A DNA stretch of 64,000 nt from an uncultured Gemmatimonadales bacterium (GCA_963825055.1 CAWGSK010000009.1:160001-224000); one strand, 5' to 3'. Shown: positions 1 through 10,378, numbered from the stretch's first letter. Numbers and translations: made by a program. The notes: generated by a model from the letters alone, not told the origin.

Positions 1-504
1 GAGGATGTTCCGGCTGCGAAGGTACTCCTCGTAGCGGAGAAAGACGTCGCGATCCGCCGGGGCAAGCACGACACCCTGAAAGCGATGCTGGCTGAAGAGA
101 TTGAGCAGCTGCCGGCGGCGCCCTTCCTTGTAGACCCCGACACGCCGGAGAACGACCAGCTGGTATTCCTCGTCGGCAATGCCGAATCCCCGGCGCAACC
201 CGGCCTCCTCACCGTGCTCCCGCAGGATCGCGACGCACAGCGAGTGGAGTGTCCCCCGGGTCACGTCGTCGGCCGCATCCCCAAGCGCCTCGTGGAGCCG
301 GGCAGCAATCTCCTCCGCCGCCTTGTTGGTGAAGGTGAAGGCACAGATCCGGTCCGGTCTGATCTCAAGCGTGTTGACGAGGTACCCGATGCGGTGGATC
401 AGGCAGAACGTCTTCCCCGCCCCCGGGCCGGCCACCACGAGGACCGGCCCGAGAGGAGCCTCGATGGCCGCGCGCTGTGCAGGAGTGGGGGTGGACGATG
501 ACAT
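1..504 (-). CDS. UvrD/PcrA/Rep-family ATP-dependent DNA helicase (5' part; runs off the left edge)
   Basis: Hand translation from ATG 504: MSSSTPTPAQRAAIEAPLGPVLVVAGPGAGKT...AFTFTNKAAEEI...GTLHSLC, matching SF1 motifs Q, I, Ia and Ib. Not in the ORF track because there is no stop in the window. Confidence 0.93.
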   Translation of the reverse strand, partial: MSSSTPTPAQRAAIEAPLGPVLVVAGPGAGKTFCLIHRIGYLVNTLEIRPDRICAFTFTNKAAEEIAARLHEALGDAADDVTRGTLHSLCVAILREHGEEAGLRRGFGIADEEYQLVVLRRVGVYKEGRRRQLLNLFSQHRFQGVVLAPADRDVFLRYEEYLRSRNIL

Positions 505-621
505 GGGGGAAACCTAGCCTGCTCCCCGCTGCTGTTCCCTCTCCCCGGTTGACACCTGCCTCCACCCGCACGATAGTGCAAACCTCGCCACGTCCGCGGC
601 CGCAATCCTGGGAGGACTTTC

Positions 622-1905
622 ATGACACCCCGCGCACTGACCGCCGCAGCCCTGCTCGCGTCGGCGATTCTCGCCGTTCCCGGAAGTGCCCGCGCGCAGT
701 TCGGCTCGCTCAAGAAGGCCGCCGAGCGCGCGGCGGAGAGCGAGGCGAACCGCCAGGTGGACAAGGCCGTCCGGAACACCATCCGGTGTGCCGTTGATGA
801 TCCCGCGTGTGCCGAAAAGGCCGAGAAGAACGGCGACACCGTCGTCTACACGGACGCCGCGGGCGAGGTGATCACCGACGAATCGGGAAACCCGGTGTCC
901 GACCGGGAGGCGGCGAAGGGCGCGGCGGAGAAGCCCGGCAGCGGGGTCTGGGTGAACTACGACTTCGTCCCCGGCGACAAGGTGATCTTCGCGGAAGACT
1001 ACGGTAAGGACCAGGTGGGCGACTTCCCCCGCCGGCTCGAGTTTGTCCGCGGTAACTGGGAAGTGGCGGAGTGGGAGGGACGCCGGCTGCTCCGGAATAC
1101 CGGCCCCCGCGCATCCGCGTTCAAGGTGATGCTCCCCGACAGCCTTCCGGAACGCTTCACCATCGAGTTCGACGCGTTCTTCACGCACGGGAACCACCAG
1201 ATCGTCGTGTTGACCGAGGACCCCGGCGAGGGACGATACACGTCGCAGTACCCCCACCACTACCTGGCGGTGAACCTCCATACCGCGGGTATCGCGCATA
1301 CCGGGCGCAACGCCTCGGAGTCCCGGAATCAGGCGCCGGCGCTGATGGACCGGGTGGTTCCGGTCCGGCTCATGGCTGACGGCCGGTACGTGAAGGTCTA
1401 CGTCGGCGACACCCGGGTGGCGAACATCCCCAACGCCGATCTCCCGCGCGGAAAGGCCCTCTATTTCGAGAACGTCTACTCCGCCTCCCAGAAGAACCCG
1501 ATCTACATTGGCCCCATCCGGGTCGCGGCCGGAGGGAAGGACCTCTACGACAAGCTCGCCGCCGACGGCCGCGTGGCCACCCGAGGCATCCTCTTCGACG
1601 TGGACAGCGACCGGATCCGCCCGGAGAGCACGCCGACCCTCACCGAGATTACGCGGATGCTGCAGGAGCACCCGGACCTGCGCCTGGCCATCGAGGGTCA
1701 CACTGACGCCACCGGCGACGATGGGCACAACCAGGAGCTCTCCGATCGCCGGGCACAGGCAGTTCGCCGCTGGCTGGTCGAGGAGCAGAGGATTGACGGA
1801 TCCCGCCTCGAGGCGAAGGGCTACGGGGAGAGCCGCCCGGTGGACAGCAACGACACCGCCGAAGGCCGCCAGAACAACCGTCGGGTGGAGTTGGTAAAGA
1901 TGTGA
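622..1905 (+). CDS. OmpA-family peptidoglycan-binding protein with signal peptide
   Basis: Signal peptide; C-terminal ILFDVDSDRI...IEGHTD...NQELSDRRAQAV...GYGESRP...NRRVEL; GGAGG RBS upstream. Confidence 0.92.
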   Translation: MTPRALTAAALLASAILAVPGSARAQFGSLKKAAERAAESEANRQVDKAVRNTIRCAVDDPACAEKAEKNGDTVVYTDAAGEVITDESGNPVSDREAAKGAAEKPGSGVWVNYDFVPGDKVIFAEDYGKDQVGDFPRRLEFVRGNWEVAEWEGRRLLRNTGPRASAFKVMLPDSLPERFTIEFDAFFTHGNHQIVVLTEDPGEGRYTSQYPHHYLAVNLHTAGIAHTGRNASESRNQAPALMDRVVPVRLMADGRYVKVYVGDTRVANIPNADLPRGKALYFENVYSASQKNPIYIGPIRVAAGGKDLYDKLAADGRVATRGILFDVDSDRIRPESTPTLTEITRMLQEHPDLRLAIEGHTDATGDDGHNQELSDRRAQAVRRWLVEEQRIDGSRLEAKGYGESRPVDSNDTAEGRQNNRRVELVKM

Positions 1906-2065
1906 GATCGAGTATCGGGGATCGGGGAGTCGTGATCTGGCATCCGGATCCCGGCAGCGGCCGGGGTTCACCCTAACTGATTGCAACACAGTGCTTTGAC
2001 CAGTACTGCGGCGGCACTGTCACCGTCTCGCCCGACACCCGATCCCCCGACAACCGATTCCCGGC
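1904..2065. repeat. Degenerate inverted heptamer arms (NNNATCG arm about 1904-1940; CCCGAYA-like arm about 2031-2065)
   Basis: gagatcg agtatcg gggatcg ... cccgaca cccgatc ccccgaca accgatt. Confidence 0.55.
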
Positions 2066-2185
2066 TTCATGGAAACTCCCGGTCACCCAGCCCGTATTAC
2101 ATTCCGTGAGCCTCAAAATGACCGCGGAAGCACCTCCCCCCCGCGCCCACCGTCCGATCCCCCTAAGCGGAGGCAAGTCAGTTAC

Positions 2186-4555
2186 ATGCACTGGACACGT
2201 TCATTAGGTACCGTGCTCCTGGCCGTCACCATGACGGCTGGTTCGGCCGCCGCCCAGTTCGGCGGCAACTTCGGCAGTTCCGCCGCCATTGGCGACGGCG
2301 AGTTCTTCGTTGGTGAGCCCCATAACACGTACTCGCCCGGCGTCGTCTACGTCTACCGCATGGACGGAGGCACCTGGAAGGCCGCGAGCGAGCTCACCGC
2401 GGCCGACGCGAGCAACAACGACTCGTTCGGGCGGAGCATTGCGGCCAGCGGCAACACCCTGCTGATCGGCGCGACCACGGCAGGCGACAACGCCGGGGCT
2501 GCGTACATCTTCCAGAAGACAGGCAACGCCTGGAAGCAGGCTGCCCGCCTGAATGCGACCGGGCTGACCAAGGGCGACGCCCTCGGCCGGGCCGTAGCCC
2601 TGAAGGGCGACCTGGCCCTCGTGGCCAGCTGGGGCGCCGACTCGAGCCGAGGCGCGGTCTATGCCTTCCGGCGTGGCGCCGGCGGCTGGACGCAGGAAGG
2701 GCGCCTGAGCGCGCCTGACGCCGAATCGGGCGACCTCTTCGGTTCCGCCCTCGCCATCGGCAACGACAAGGTCTTCATCGGCGCCATGTCGAAGGACTCC
2801 GCCCGCGGTGCCATCTACGTCTTCAAGCGTGACGCCGGCGCCTGGTCCCAGGACACGGTCCTCCAGGTCCGCGGGATTGACGCCAACAGCCGCCTGGGCA
2901 GTTCACTCCATTTCGAGGACGGCATGCTCCTCGCCGGCGCCCCCGGCTACAACCGGAATGCGGGCGGTGTCGCGATCTTCAAGGCCGACTCCGCGTCGGG
3001 TGCCTGGCAGCTTGTGGACCGACTGCAGCCGTTTGATCCCGGCTTCCTCCAGTTCGGGACCAACGTCTCGGTCAATGGAGATGAGGTCTGGGTCGCTGCC
3101 CCCGGGGCCAATAACCGCAACGGCGCGATCTATCGCTTCCAGCGCGATGATGAGGGGCACTTCACCTCCGCCACAAAGCTCTCCCCCGGTGGCCTGCCTG
3201 CCCGCGCGGGCTTCAGCGCCCCGCTTGTCCTCCGCGGAAACCTCGCGGTGGTCGGCGCCGGCGGCGTGGACTACGGCGAGGGCGCGGCAATCACCCTGAC
3301 AAAGAGCGGGAACGCCTGGACCGCAGGCCCCATGCTCAAGAGCGAGCCCAAGTCGCTCTCGGCGGTGACCGGCAAGGAAATCGACTGCGCGGGCAAGGGC
3401 TCCGCCAGCATCTTCGACTGTCAGGACGTGGACATGCTGTCGTTCCTGCCGGTCAGCGCCATCGGCGGGGTGCGCGGCGCCTTCCTGAACGACATCTGGG
3501 GCTGGACCGATTCCCAGACGAAGAAGGAGTACGCCCTGGTCGGCCGGATGGACGGCACATCCTTCGTGGACGTGACCGACCCGCTGCACCCGCAATACCT
3601 GGGCAACCTGCCCATGACCGAGGGTGCGATCGCCAACGCCTGGCGCGATATCAAGGTTTACAAGAATTACGCATTCATCGTCGCCGACGGCGCGGGTGAC
3701 CACGGCATGCAGGTCTTCAACCTGACCCGCCTCCGGAACGTCCGCGGCGCGCCGGTCACGTTCACCGAGGACGCGCACTACGACCGGATCCACAGCTCGC
3801 ACAACATCGTGATCGATACCTCTACCGGCTTCGCCTACTCCGTGGGAAGCGGGTCGGGTGGCGAGACCTGCGGCGGCGGGCTGCACATGATCGACGTGCG
3901 GAATCCTGCGCAGCCGAAGTTCGCCGGGTGCTACGCGAACCCCAATACGGGCCGCGCCGGCACCGGCTACACGCACGACGCCCAGTGCGTGATGTACAAG
4001 GGCCCGGACAAGCGCTACACCGGCCGCGAGATTTGCCTGGGCGCCAACGAGACGGCGCTCGACATCGCCGACGTCACCGACAAGAAGAATCCCAAGACGA
4101 TCGCCAAGGCGAGCTACCCGAACGTGGGATACTCCCACCAGGGCTGGCTGTCCGAGGACCAGCGGTACTTCTATATGGATGACGAGCTGGACGAGTTGCA
4201 GGGCTTCGTGAACGGCACCCGGACCCTGGTCTGGGATCTGGCCGAACTGGATGACCCGGTCCTGGCGAAGGAGTACATCTCCGAAGACAAGGCCAGCGAC
4301 CACAACCTGTACGTGAAGGGCAACCTGGTCTACCAGTCGAACTACGTCAGCGGTCTGCGGATCCTGGACATCAGCGATCCGACGAACCCGGTGCAGGTCG
4401 GCTACTTCGACACGGTACCGGTTGGCGAGGATGCTCCCGGTTTCGGGGGCTCCTGGAGCAACTACCCCTACTTCCCGAGCGGAACCGTGGTGGTGACGAG
4501 CATGAAAGAGGGGCTGTTCATGCTCCGGAAGCACAAGAAGACGCTCGTCCCGTAA
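2186..4555 (+). CDS. Choice-of-anchor B family secreted protein with N-terminal FG-GAP repeats
   Basis: Start moved to ATG 2186 (GGAGG at 2169). FGRSIA/FGSALA repeats, then NDIWGW, WRDIK, HNI, YTHDAQC, YSHQGW, DDELDE and GSWSNYPYFPSG. Confidence 0.85.
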   Translation: MHWTRSLGTVLLAVTMTAGSAAAQFGGNFGSSAAIGDGEFFVGEPHNTYSPGVVYVYRMDGGTWKAASELTAADASNNDSFGRSIAASGNTLLIGATTAGDNAGAAYIFQKTGNAWKQAARLNATGLTKGDALGRAVALKGDLALVASWGADSSRGAVYAFRRGAGGWTQEGRLSAPDAESGDLFGSALAIGNDKVFIGAMSKDSARGAIYVFKRDAGAWSQDTVLQVRGIDANSRLGSSLHFEDGMLLAGAPGYNRNAGGVAIFKADSASGAWQLVDRLQPFDPGFLQFGTNVSVNGDEVWVAAPGANNRNGAIYRFQRDDEGHFTSATKLSPGGLPARAGFSAPLVLRGNLAVVGAGGVDYGEGAAITLTKSGNAWTAGPMLKSEPKSLSAVTGKEIDCAGKGSASIFDCQDVDMLSFLPVSAIGGVRGAFLNDIWGWTDSQTKKEYALVGRMDGTSFVDVTDPLHPQYLGNLPMTEGAIANAWRDIKVYKNYAFIVADGAGDHGMQVFNLTRLRNVRGAPVTFTEDAHYDRIHSSHNIVIDTSTGFAYSVGSGSGGETCGGGLHMIDVRNPAQPKFAGCYANPNTGRAGTGYTHDAQCVMYKGPDKRYTGREICLGANETALDIADVTDKKNPKTIAKASYPNVGYSHQGWLSEDQRYFYMDDELDELQGFVNGTRTLVWDLAELDDPVLAKEYISEDKASDHNLYVKGNLVYQSNYVSGLRILDISDPTNPVQVGYFDTVPVGEDAPGFGGSWSNYPYFPSGTVVVTSMKEGLFMLRKHKKTLVP

Positions 4556-4636
4556 CCTTTGCGAAGCAACGGGCCAGGGGGAGCCGCGGGCGCGACAGCG
4601 TCCGTGCGCTCCCCCTTGCCTCAGGAGGATGATCGC

Positions 4637-5725
4637 ATGCCCAGGAAATTCCGCAGCCCCGCCGGGCTGCTGCTCGCGGCGCTCGCCGCCTGCGCCGGCC
4701 ACCCCGCCACCGCATCGGGTGGACCGGCCCCCGCACCCCACCCCATGGTTTACGTCGCGAACCAGGCCTCGGCGACTGTCTCGGTGCTCGATGCGACGAC
4801 CCACGCGCTGGTCACGACGGTCGACCTGCGTGACGCGGGCTTCACTGCGAAAGCCAAGCCCCATGACATTGCCGTCGAACCGGACGGATCCTTCTGGTAC
4901 GTCACGCTCGTGGGCGACAACTACGTGGTGAAGTTCGACCGCGGGAACCACGTGGTCGGCAAGGCGCCCATGGAGACACCCGGCCTGCTCGCGCTCGATA
5001 CCACGAGCGACATGCTGTACGCTTCACGCTCGATGTCCGCGGTCAATCCGCCGGCGCGCATCGGCGCGATCCACCGCTCGAGCATGGCCATCGAGGAGGT
5101 GGACGTCTTCATCAGCCGCCCCCACGCGATCGCGATGGACCCGCGCGGGGGCCACCTCTACGTCGGCAGCATGGGCCAGCACCAGATCGCCGTGGTGGAC
5201 ACGAAGACACTCGAGGTGACGCTCGAGGACCTCGAGCTGGGTGGTGAGGAACACGAGATGATGGTGCAGTGGGCCGTTTCCCCGGACGGAAGCCGACTGG
5301 TCGGCACCGCGCAGATGCGCGGTGAACTGATCGTACTCGACTCGAGTGACCCCCTGCACCTGCGCCAGGTGGCAACGGTGAAGGCACCGGGCTGGCCGTG
5401 GCACGTCGAGTTCACGCCGGATGGGCGGGAAGTCTGGTTCCCCAACCAGAAGGAAAATGCGGTGACCGTGGTCGACGCCCGCACCTGGACCGTCAAACAG
5501 GTGATTTACGGCGCGGGACTGGCCGAACCCCACGGAATCGGCATTTCCCCGGACGGGAGCACCGTCTTCGTCTCGAGCCACAACCAGCATGGGGTCTACG
5601 AAGGCCAGGGAGCCGAGGAGGCCCCGGGCACGGTGATCATCATCGACCGGGCCACGGGCTCGATTACGGGCCTGGTCGAGACCTCCCCGGATGGAGCGGG
5701 CATCGGGGTCGGGGGCAGCCATTGA
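4637..5725 (+). CDS. YVTN/YncE-type beta-propeller lipoprotein
   Basis: Lipobox LAAC; VYVANQ..ATVSVLD, PHDIAV, PHAIA and PHGIGISPDG repeats; AGGAGG RBS. Confidence 0.82.
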   Translation: MPRKFRSPAGLLLAALAACAGHPATASGGPAPAPHPMVYVANQASATVSVLDATTHALVTTVDLRDAGFTAKAKPHDIAVEPDGSFWYVTLVGDNYVVKFDRGNHVVGKAPMETPGLLALDTTSDMLYASRSMSAVNPPARIGAIHRSSMAIEEVDVFISRPHAIAMDPRGGHLYVGSMGQHQIAVVDTKTLEVTLEDLELGGEEHEMMVQWAVSPDGSRLVGTAQMRGELIVLDSSDPLHLRQVATVKAPGWPWHVEFTPDGREVWFPNQKENAVTVVDARTWTVKQVIYGAGLAEPHGIGISPDGSTVFVSSHNQHGVYEGQGAEEAPGTVIIIDRATGSITGLVETSPDGAGIGVGGSH

Positions 5726-7551
5726 GGCCAGTGTCCCGTTGCCTCGGGGCGACCCTCTTCATCGCCCTGGCCACTGCCTGCCATCCCGCCGGCCCCGCCG
5801 CCCAGGCACCCGACAGGGCCGGAGGTGGCCGGTGGACCCGCTCGCTCGACGGCATCCCGGTGGTAGACGACTCCGGCAGGGCCTACACCTTTCCCTTCCT
5901 GGGTGGCCTCGACCACCCGCGACCCCAGCTGGTGGACATCGACGGCGACGGCGACCTGGATCTCTTCGTGCAGGAGTACACGGGACACCTGATGTTCTTC
6001 GAGAACACCGGGTCACCCCAGGCGCCTCGCTTCACGTGGCGCACCGACCGGTGGCAGGACCTGGACGTCGGCGAGTGGAGCCGCTTCGCCGACCTCGACC
6101 GGGATGGGGTGGTGGACATCCTCGCCGAATCACCCTTCAGTTACATCCGCTATTTCCGCAACGAGGGCACCCGGACCGACCCGAGGATGGTTCTCGCCAT
6201 CGACACCGTTCGCGACGCGAAGGGCGAACCGATCTTCAGCGACCGGCAGAACATCCCCCAGGTGGTGGACGTGGACTGCAACGGGCGGCTGGACCTGCTG
6301 CTCGGCCGGGCCAGCGGTCGGGTCACCCGCTACGAGATGGCCCATGGCGGGCCGGACGGCATCCGGCAGCTCCAGTTCCTGACCGACGAGTTCCAGGGCA
6401 TCCTGATCATCGGCCAGCAGTTCGGGAGCCTTCACGGCGCGAATACGATGGTCGTCTCGGATATCGACCAGGACGGGGACCCGGACATCATCTGGGGCGA
6501 CTTCTTCGAGGCCGGACTGCTCTGGCTGGTCAACTCCGGCACCTGCGGCTCGCCCAACATCGGCCGCGATACCGTCCCCTTCCCGCCCAATGCTCCGCTC
6601 AGGACCAGCGGGTACAATGCCCCCGCCATCGCCGATTTGGACGCGGACGGCGACCTCGATGTCCTGGTGGGCGTCCTCGGGGGCGCGTTCAATCCCAACG
6701 TCTCCACCCGCGACAACCTGCTGTTCCTGGAGCAGACCGGGAAGCTCGCCTTCACGCTCCGGACCAGCCGCTACCTCTCGCAGCTCGACCTGGGCAGCGA
6801 GACCCAGCCGGCGCTCGCCGACCTCGACGGGGACGGCGACCTCGATCTCCTGGTCGGCAACAAGATCGAGCCCCTGAACCAGCGGACCGGCGGGCTGTAC
6901 TGGCTGGAGAATACCGGGAGCCGCCAGCGGGCGGCCTTCGCGTTCCGCGGGGTGCTGGGAATCACGGGGCTCTATCACATGGCCCCGGCCATTGGCGACC
7001 TGGACGGCGATGGAAGTCCCGACCTCCTGCTCGGGACCTTCAAGGACGCGGTTCGGCTGTACCGGCTCACCCCGGGCGATCCACCTTCATTTGCCCTGGT
7101 GGATTCCTCGCTGGTTCAGATCACTCGCGGCAGCAACACGACACCCGCCCTTGGCGACCTGGACGACGATGGCGACCTCGACCTCCTGGTGGGGGAGTCG
7201 TCGGGTACGATCAACTGGTACCGGAACGACGGCACGAAGACCGCGCCCCGGTTCACCCTCGTCTCCGACAACATGGACGGGATCGACGTGGGCCGCCGGA
7301 GTGCGCCGTCGCTCACGGACCTCGATGGCGACGGCGACCTGGACCTGGTAATCGGAAGCGAGGAGGGTGGGCTGCAGGTGTACCGGAACGTGGGAACCCG
7401 GAAGGCGCCCAGGTTCGAACGTGACGAGACCGCCGACCTGGAGTTGCCTCCCTACTCCGCGCCGGCCTTCGGTGACCTGGACGGCGACGCACGCTCGGAA
7501 CTCGTAGCCGGCGCGGCCGGCGGGGGGCTGCTGCTGTACCGCCGGCAGTGA
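5722..7551 (+). CDS. FG-GAP/VCBS-repeat beta-propeller lipoprotein
   Basis: Many DLDGDGDLDLL Ca-binding repeats; lipobox ATAC; probable TTG start overlapping the upstream stop (start approximate). Confidence 0.85.
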   Translation: MRPVSRCLGATLFIALATACHPAGPAAQAPDRAGGGRWTRSLDGIPVVDDSGRAYTFPFLGGLDHPRPQLVDIDGDGDLDLFVQEYTGHLMFFENTGSPQAPRFTWRTDRWQDLDVGEWSRFADLDRDGVVDILAESPFSYIRYFRNEGTRTDPRMVLAIDTVRDAKGEPIFSDRQNIPQVVDVDCNGRLDLLLGRASGRVTRYEMAHGGPDGIRQLQFLTDEFQGILIIGQQFGSLHGANTMVVSDIDQDGDPDIIWGDFFEAGLLWLVNSGTCGSPNIGRDTVPFPPNAPLRTSGYNAPAIADLDADGDLDVLVGVLGGAFNPNVSTRDNLLFLEQTGKLAFTLRTSRYLSQLDLGSETQPALADLDGDGDLDLLVGNKIEPLNQRTGGLYWLENTGSRQRAAFAFRGVLGITGLYHMAPAIGDLDGDGSPDLLLGTFKDAVRLYRLTPGDPPSFALVDSSLVQITRGSNTTPALGDLDDDGDLDLLVGESSGTINWYRNDGTKTAPRFTLVSDNMDGIDVGRRSAPSLTDLDGDGDLDLVIGSEEGGLQVYRNVGTRKAPRFERDETADLELPPYSAPAFGDLDGDARSELVAGAAGGGLLLYRRQ

Positions 7552-7582
7552 GGAGGGAGGAGGAAGGGGAAGAGTGGAGCGC

Positions 7583-8122
7583 TCAGCCGTTCTGTTCGTA
7601 TGCCGCCCGGAGCAGTCGCTCGACCTTTGCCGTGACCGCATCCGGTGAGGTCAGCGACAGCTTGTGGGTTGCCTGGCCTGGCGCCGAGGCCGGCTGGAGG
7701 AGCGGTGACGCCGGCGGATCCGTGAAGCGGAGCCCGACATCCACTCGCGTTTTCGTCGCCGCGGCCACGGCGACGAACTGCCGGCGGCGGACGAAGGGCG
7801 TATAGGTCCCGCGCCCTTCGATTGACACGTCATCCCCCAGTCCCTCGATCACCTCGCGGAGGCGGTCGAAGATCGGGCGAAGGGGGGCCTTCGCCCCGGC
7901 ATATTGCCGGTCCACGTATTCCTCCACCTCCGGCCGGGTCCACCCCGCCACCCGCGCGGCGGCATCCGCGATCGCCCACTGCGAGTTCTGCAATACGCCG
8001 TGCTTGTCCTTGAGCCAGCAGCGCACCGCCTTCTGGTCGAGGGGATCCAGGCCACTCCCCTGCACCAGCGCCATCCATTCCTCGAGACTGCGGCCGGTGC
8101 GCTCTCTCATGGTCCCCGCCAC
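7583..8122 (-). CDS. DUF4287/DUF5655-type protein
   Basis: MRERTGRSLEEW...WLKDKHG N-domain and YTPFVRRRQF...RVDVGL...THKL...LLRAAYE C-domain. The 5' end may be affected by indels. Confidence 0.7.
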   Translation of the reverse strand: MAGTMRERTGRSLEEWMALVQGSGLDPLDQKAVRCWLKDKHGVLQNSQWAIADAAARVAGWTRPEVEEYVDRQYAGAKAPLRPIFDRLREVIEGLGDDVSIEGRGTYTPFVRRRQFVAVAAATKTRVDVGLRFTDPPASPLLQPASAPGQATHKLSLTSPDAVTAKVERLLRAAYEQNG

Positions 8123-8156
8123 GAGCCTTCATCATGTCCTTCGGTACGACCTTTCA

Positions 8157-9878
8157 TCAGACCTCCTCCTCCGGGCCGGATGCCTTCGCTCCTCCACGGG
8201 CAAGGAACGCCCGAGCCTCCTCGAGAGCGGGGCGACCGCCGCCCGGGGCAGCCACTTCCAGCAGCGTGCGGTAACATGACAACGCCGTGCCATCATGACC
8301 GGTCGCCCGCGCAGCCCGCGCGGCCCCGAGGAGCCCGTTGAAGCGACGGGGATAGCGGTTCAGGGACTGGCGATAGGCCTCCAGCGCCTCCCGGTATCGG
8401 CTCTGTGCCATGAACAGGTCGCCGAGGAGTTCCCCGGCTGGTAGCGTGGGGGCGGGAGTAACGGCGTGTTTGGGAGTCCTGGACTCGAGCTCGACGGCCT
8501 GCTGCATCAGCCGCACGGCGGCTTCGGCATCCGCGCCCTGAGCCAGCCACGCTTCCACTTCGAGCCGCAGGATCATGATGTTGCTCGCAAAGAGGTCTTC
8601 TCCCTGGCTCCTCGCCGCCTGCTCCAGTTCCCCGAGGCGTCTCACGGCCGATCGGGCTCCCTCCAGGCGCCCAAGGCGCGCGGCGCCAAGGCCTCTTGCA
8701 AACCAGGTAACACCCTCAGGCCACGGGAAGCGGTCCCAGTCGAGCGAAGAGGGAGAACGCGGCACCAGAGCCGCCGCCGCGCTCCAGTCACCACGCTCGA
8801 GGACATATCTGGCCCTGGTCGAGGCAAGGTGGAAGGCGGTCTTGAACGAGGGCTGGAGGTTGCCGGTCGTCTCCAGTCTCTGAATCTGGTGAGCCGCCTC
8901 GACGTCCGCGCCCTGCTGCAGATAGGCGTAGGTCAGGTACTCGATGGCGTGAGGAAACTCGTCCCATACGAACTCGCCATGATCGCCCGCCGGGTGCTCC
9001 AGCGCCGCCGAGGCCGCCCGCAGGTTCCCATCGATCACCTCATTCCACCGCCCGAGGCGCGTATAGATGTGCGTCGGCATGTGGAGCGCGTGAGGATTCC
9101 GGGGAGCCACCAGTGCGTACCTGCGAACGATGTCGGGTGCCTGTTCCGCCCGCCCGTCGGCATCGCTCGCGTGGATCATGTAGTGCATAGCTCCCGGGTG
9201 GTCAGGGTTCTGACGATAGACGGAGCGCAGCAACGCCGTGGCGAGGTCCAGGTCGGCCGAGGGCGCCGTGTCCACGGGCGCGACGGCGAGCAGCGCCTCG
9301 GCGTAGAAGGCCGTGGCGTCCGGATCGTCCGGGACATTCAGGTGAAGGGTCTCGCTTCCCGCCGCCCATCGGCGGATGCGCGCCCAGTAGTCACCTTCCC
9401 CGGGCTCCCGGAAGAAGCCTCCCACCGCCTCGACATACAGCGACTCGCGCACGGTCCGCGAAAGCGATCGGCCTGCTGGACGGCTTCCCGCCCCCTCTCG
9501 CAGGTCGTCCGGTCCGGGGCGGGTCGGCCAGAGCGGCTGGAACAGGGTCATGGCAATCCCCCAGTGGGCCATGGCGCATCCCGGATCCAGCTCGGCGATG
9601 CGCATGAATTCCTTCCTCGCCTCCGGGTAGGTCATATGGTGGAGAAGCGCGACCGCCCGAGGGAAGCGGAGCCGGGCGGCTTCGGTGCAGGAGGTCGGGA
9701 ATTCGACCGTGCCCAGAGGCTGTCCGTCGTCTGACTGTTCCTGTCCCGCTGCCTCCCTTCCTCCTGCTACAGCCAGCCACAGCATGACAAGCCCGATCCG
9801 CCACGGATGTGGGAATCTCCGTCCCGGACCGATGCCGGGCGCACTGCCACGCCCACTCAGTCCATGCCTGTCCTTCAT
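8157..9878 (-). CDS. Secreted TPR-like alpha-helical protein (HPGAxHYxIH / HALHMPxHI family)
   Basis: GTVEFPTSC, DPGCAMAHWGIAM, HPGAMHYMIH, PHALHMPTHIY; start at ATG 9878 with GGAGG RBS. Confidence 0.78.
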   Translation of the reverse strand: MKDRHGLSGRGSAPGIGPGRRFPHPWRIGLVMLWLAVAGGREAAGQEQSDDGQPLGTVEFPTSCTEAARLRFPRAVALLHHMTYPEARKEFMRIAELDPGCAMAHWGIAMTLFQPLWPTRPGPDDLREGAGSRPAGRSLSRTVRESLYVEAVGGFFREPGEGDYWARIRRWAAGSETLHLNVPDDPDATAFYAEALLAVAPVDTAPSADLDLATALLRSVYRQNPDHPGAMHYMIHASDADGRAEQAPDIVRRYALVAPRNPHALHMPTHIYTRLGRWNEVIDGNLRAASAALEHPAGDHGEFVWDEFPHAIEYLTYAYLQQGADVEAAHQIQRLETTGNLQPSFKTAFHLASTRARYVLERGDWSAAAALVPRSPSSLDWDRFPWPEGVTWFARGLGAARLGRLEGARSAVRRLGELEQAARSQGEDLFASNIMILRLEVEAWLAQGADAEAAVRLMQQAVELESRTPKHAVTPAPTLPAGELLGDLFMAQSRYREALEAYRQSLNRYPRRFNGLLGAARAARATGHDGTALSCYRTLLEVAAPGGGRPALEEARAFLARGGAKASGPEEEV

Positions 9879-9928
9879 CTCAACCTCCCGGTACCTGCCA
9901 GCGATCCACCTGCTTTTCAGAATCGGCA

Positions 9929-9991
9929 CCCGACACCCGATACCCGATACCCGATACCCGATACCCGATACCCGATACCCGACGCCCGACA
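9929..9991. repeat. Tandem heptamer (CCCGATA) x9, 6 perfect copies
   Basis: Read directly from the sequence. Confidence 0.97.
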
Positions 9992-10082
9992 CGAGATTAC
10001 CGTGAGCACAATCACGGCCTTCGAGCCTTCAAACTGCTAAGTTGACGGGCGTATGGCACATGCGCCCAACGAGGAGGTTTTT

Positions 10083-10319
10083 GTGAGGAATATCACCGTA
10101 CCCGTAGTCCTGCTGGCTGCCGCCGCCGTCGTCGGCTGCAACAAGACCGGCGAAGGCGAGTACGAGGTTGAACGGCCGGTGGTCGGCACCGAAACGGACA
10201 CCGTGCACACGCCGACGGTCGATGTGGGCACGAAGAAGGACACCATCACGGTGCCCGAGGTGACGACGAAGCAAAAGGAAGTCACCGTACCGACGGTGGA
10301 CGTCGATCCGCCGAAGTAG
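10083..10319 (+). CDS. Small Thr/Val/Pro-rich lipoprotein
   Basis: GAGGAGG RBS, GTG start, lipobox VVGC, repeated (T/V)PTVDV motif. Confidence 0.8.
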   Translation: MRNITVPVVLLAAAAVVGCNKTGEGEYEVERPVVGTETDTVHTPTVDVGTKKDTITVPEVTTKQKEVTVPTVDVDPPK

Positions 10320-10342
10320 GCCCGTGGTGCAGAGCATTACCG

Positions 10343-10375
10343 AAACACGCTCCCGGAGTTCCGGGGGCGTGTTTT
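10343..10375. terminator. Intrinsic terminator hairpin between convergent genes, likely bidirectional
   Basis: AAACACGCTCCCGGA-GT-TCCGGGGGCGTGTTTT; stem with one G.U pair. Confidence 0.8.
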
Positions 10376-10378
10376 GCT

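Noticed and set aside
85..501. 138-aa + strand ORF
   Set aside because: It is the antisense shadow of the UvrD-like helicase on the - strand.
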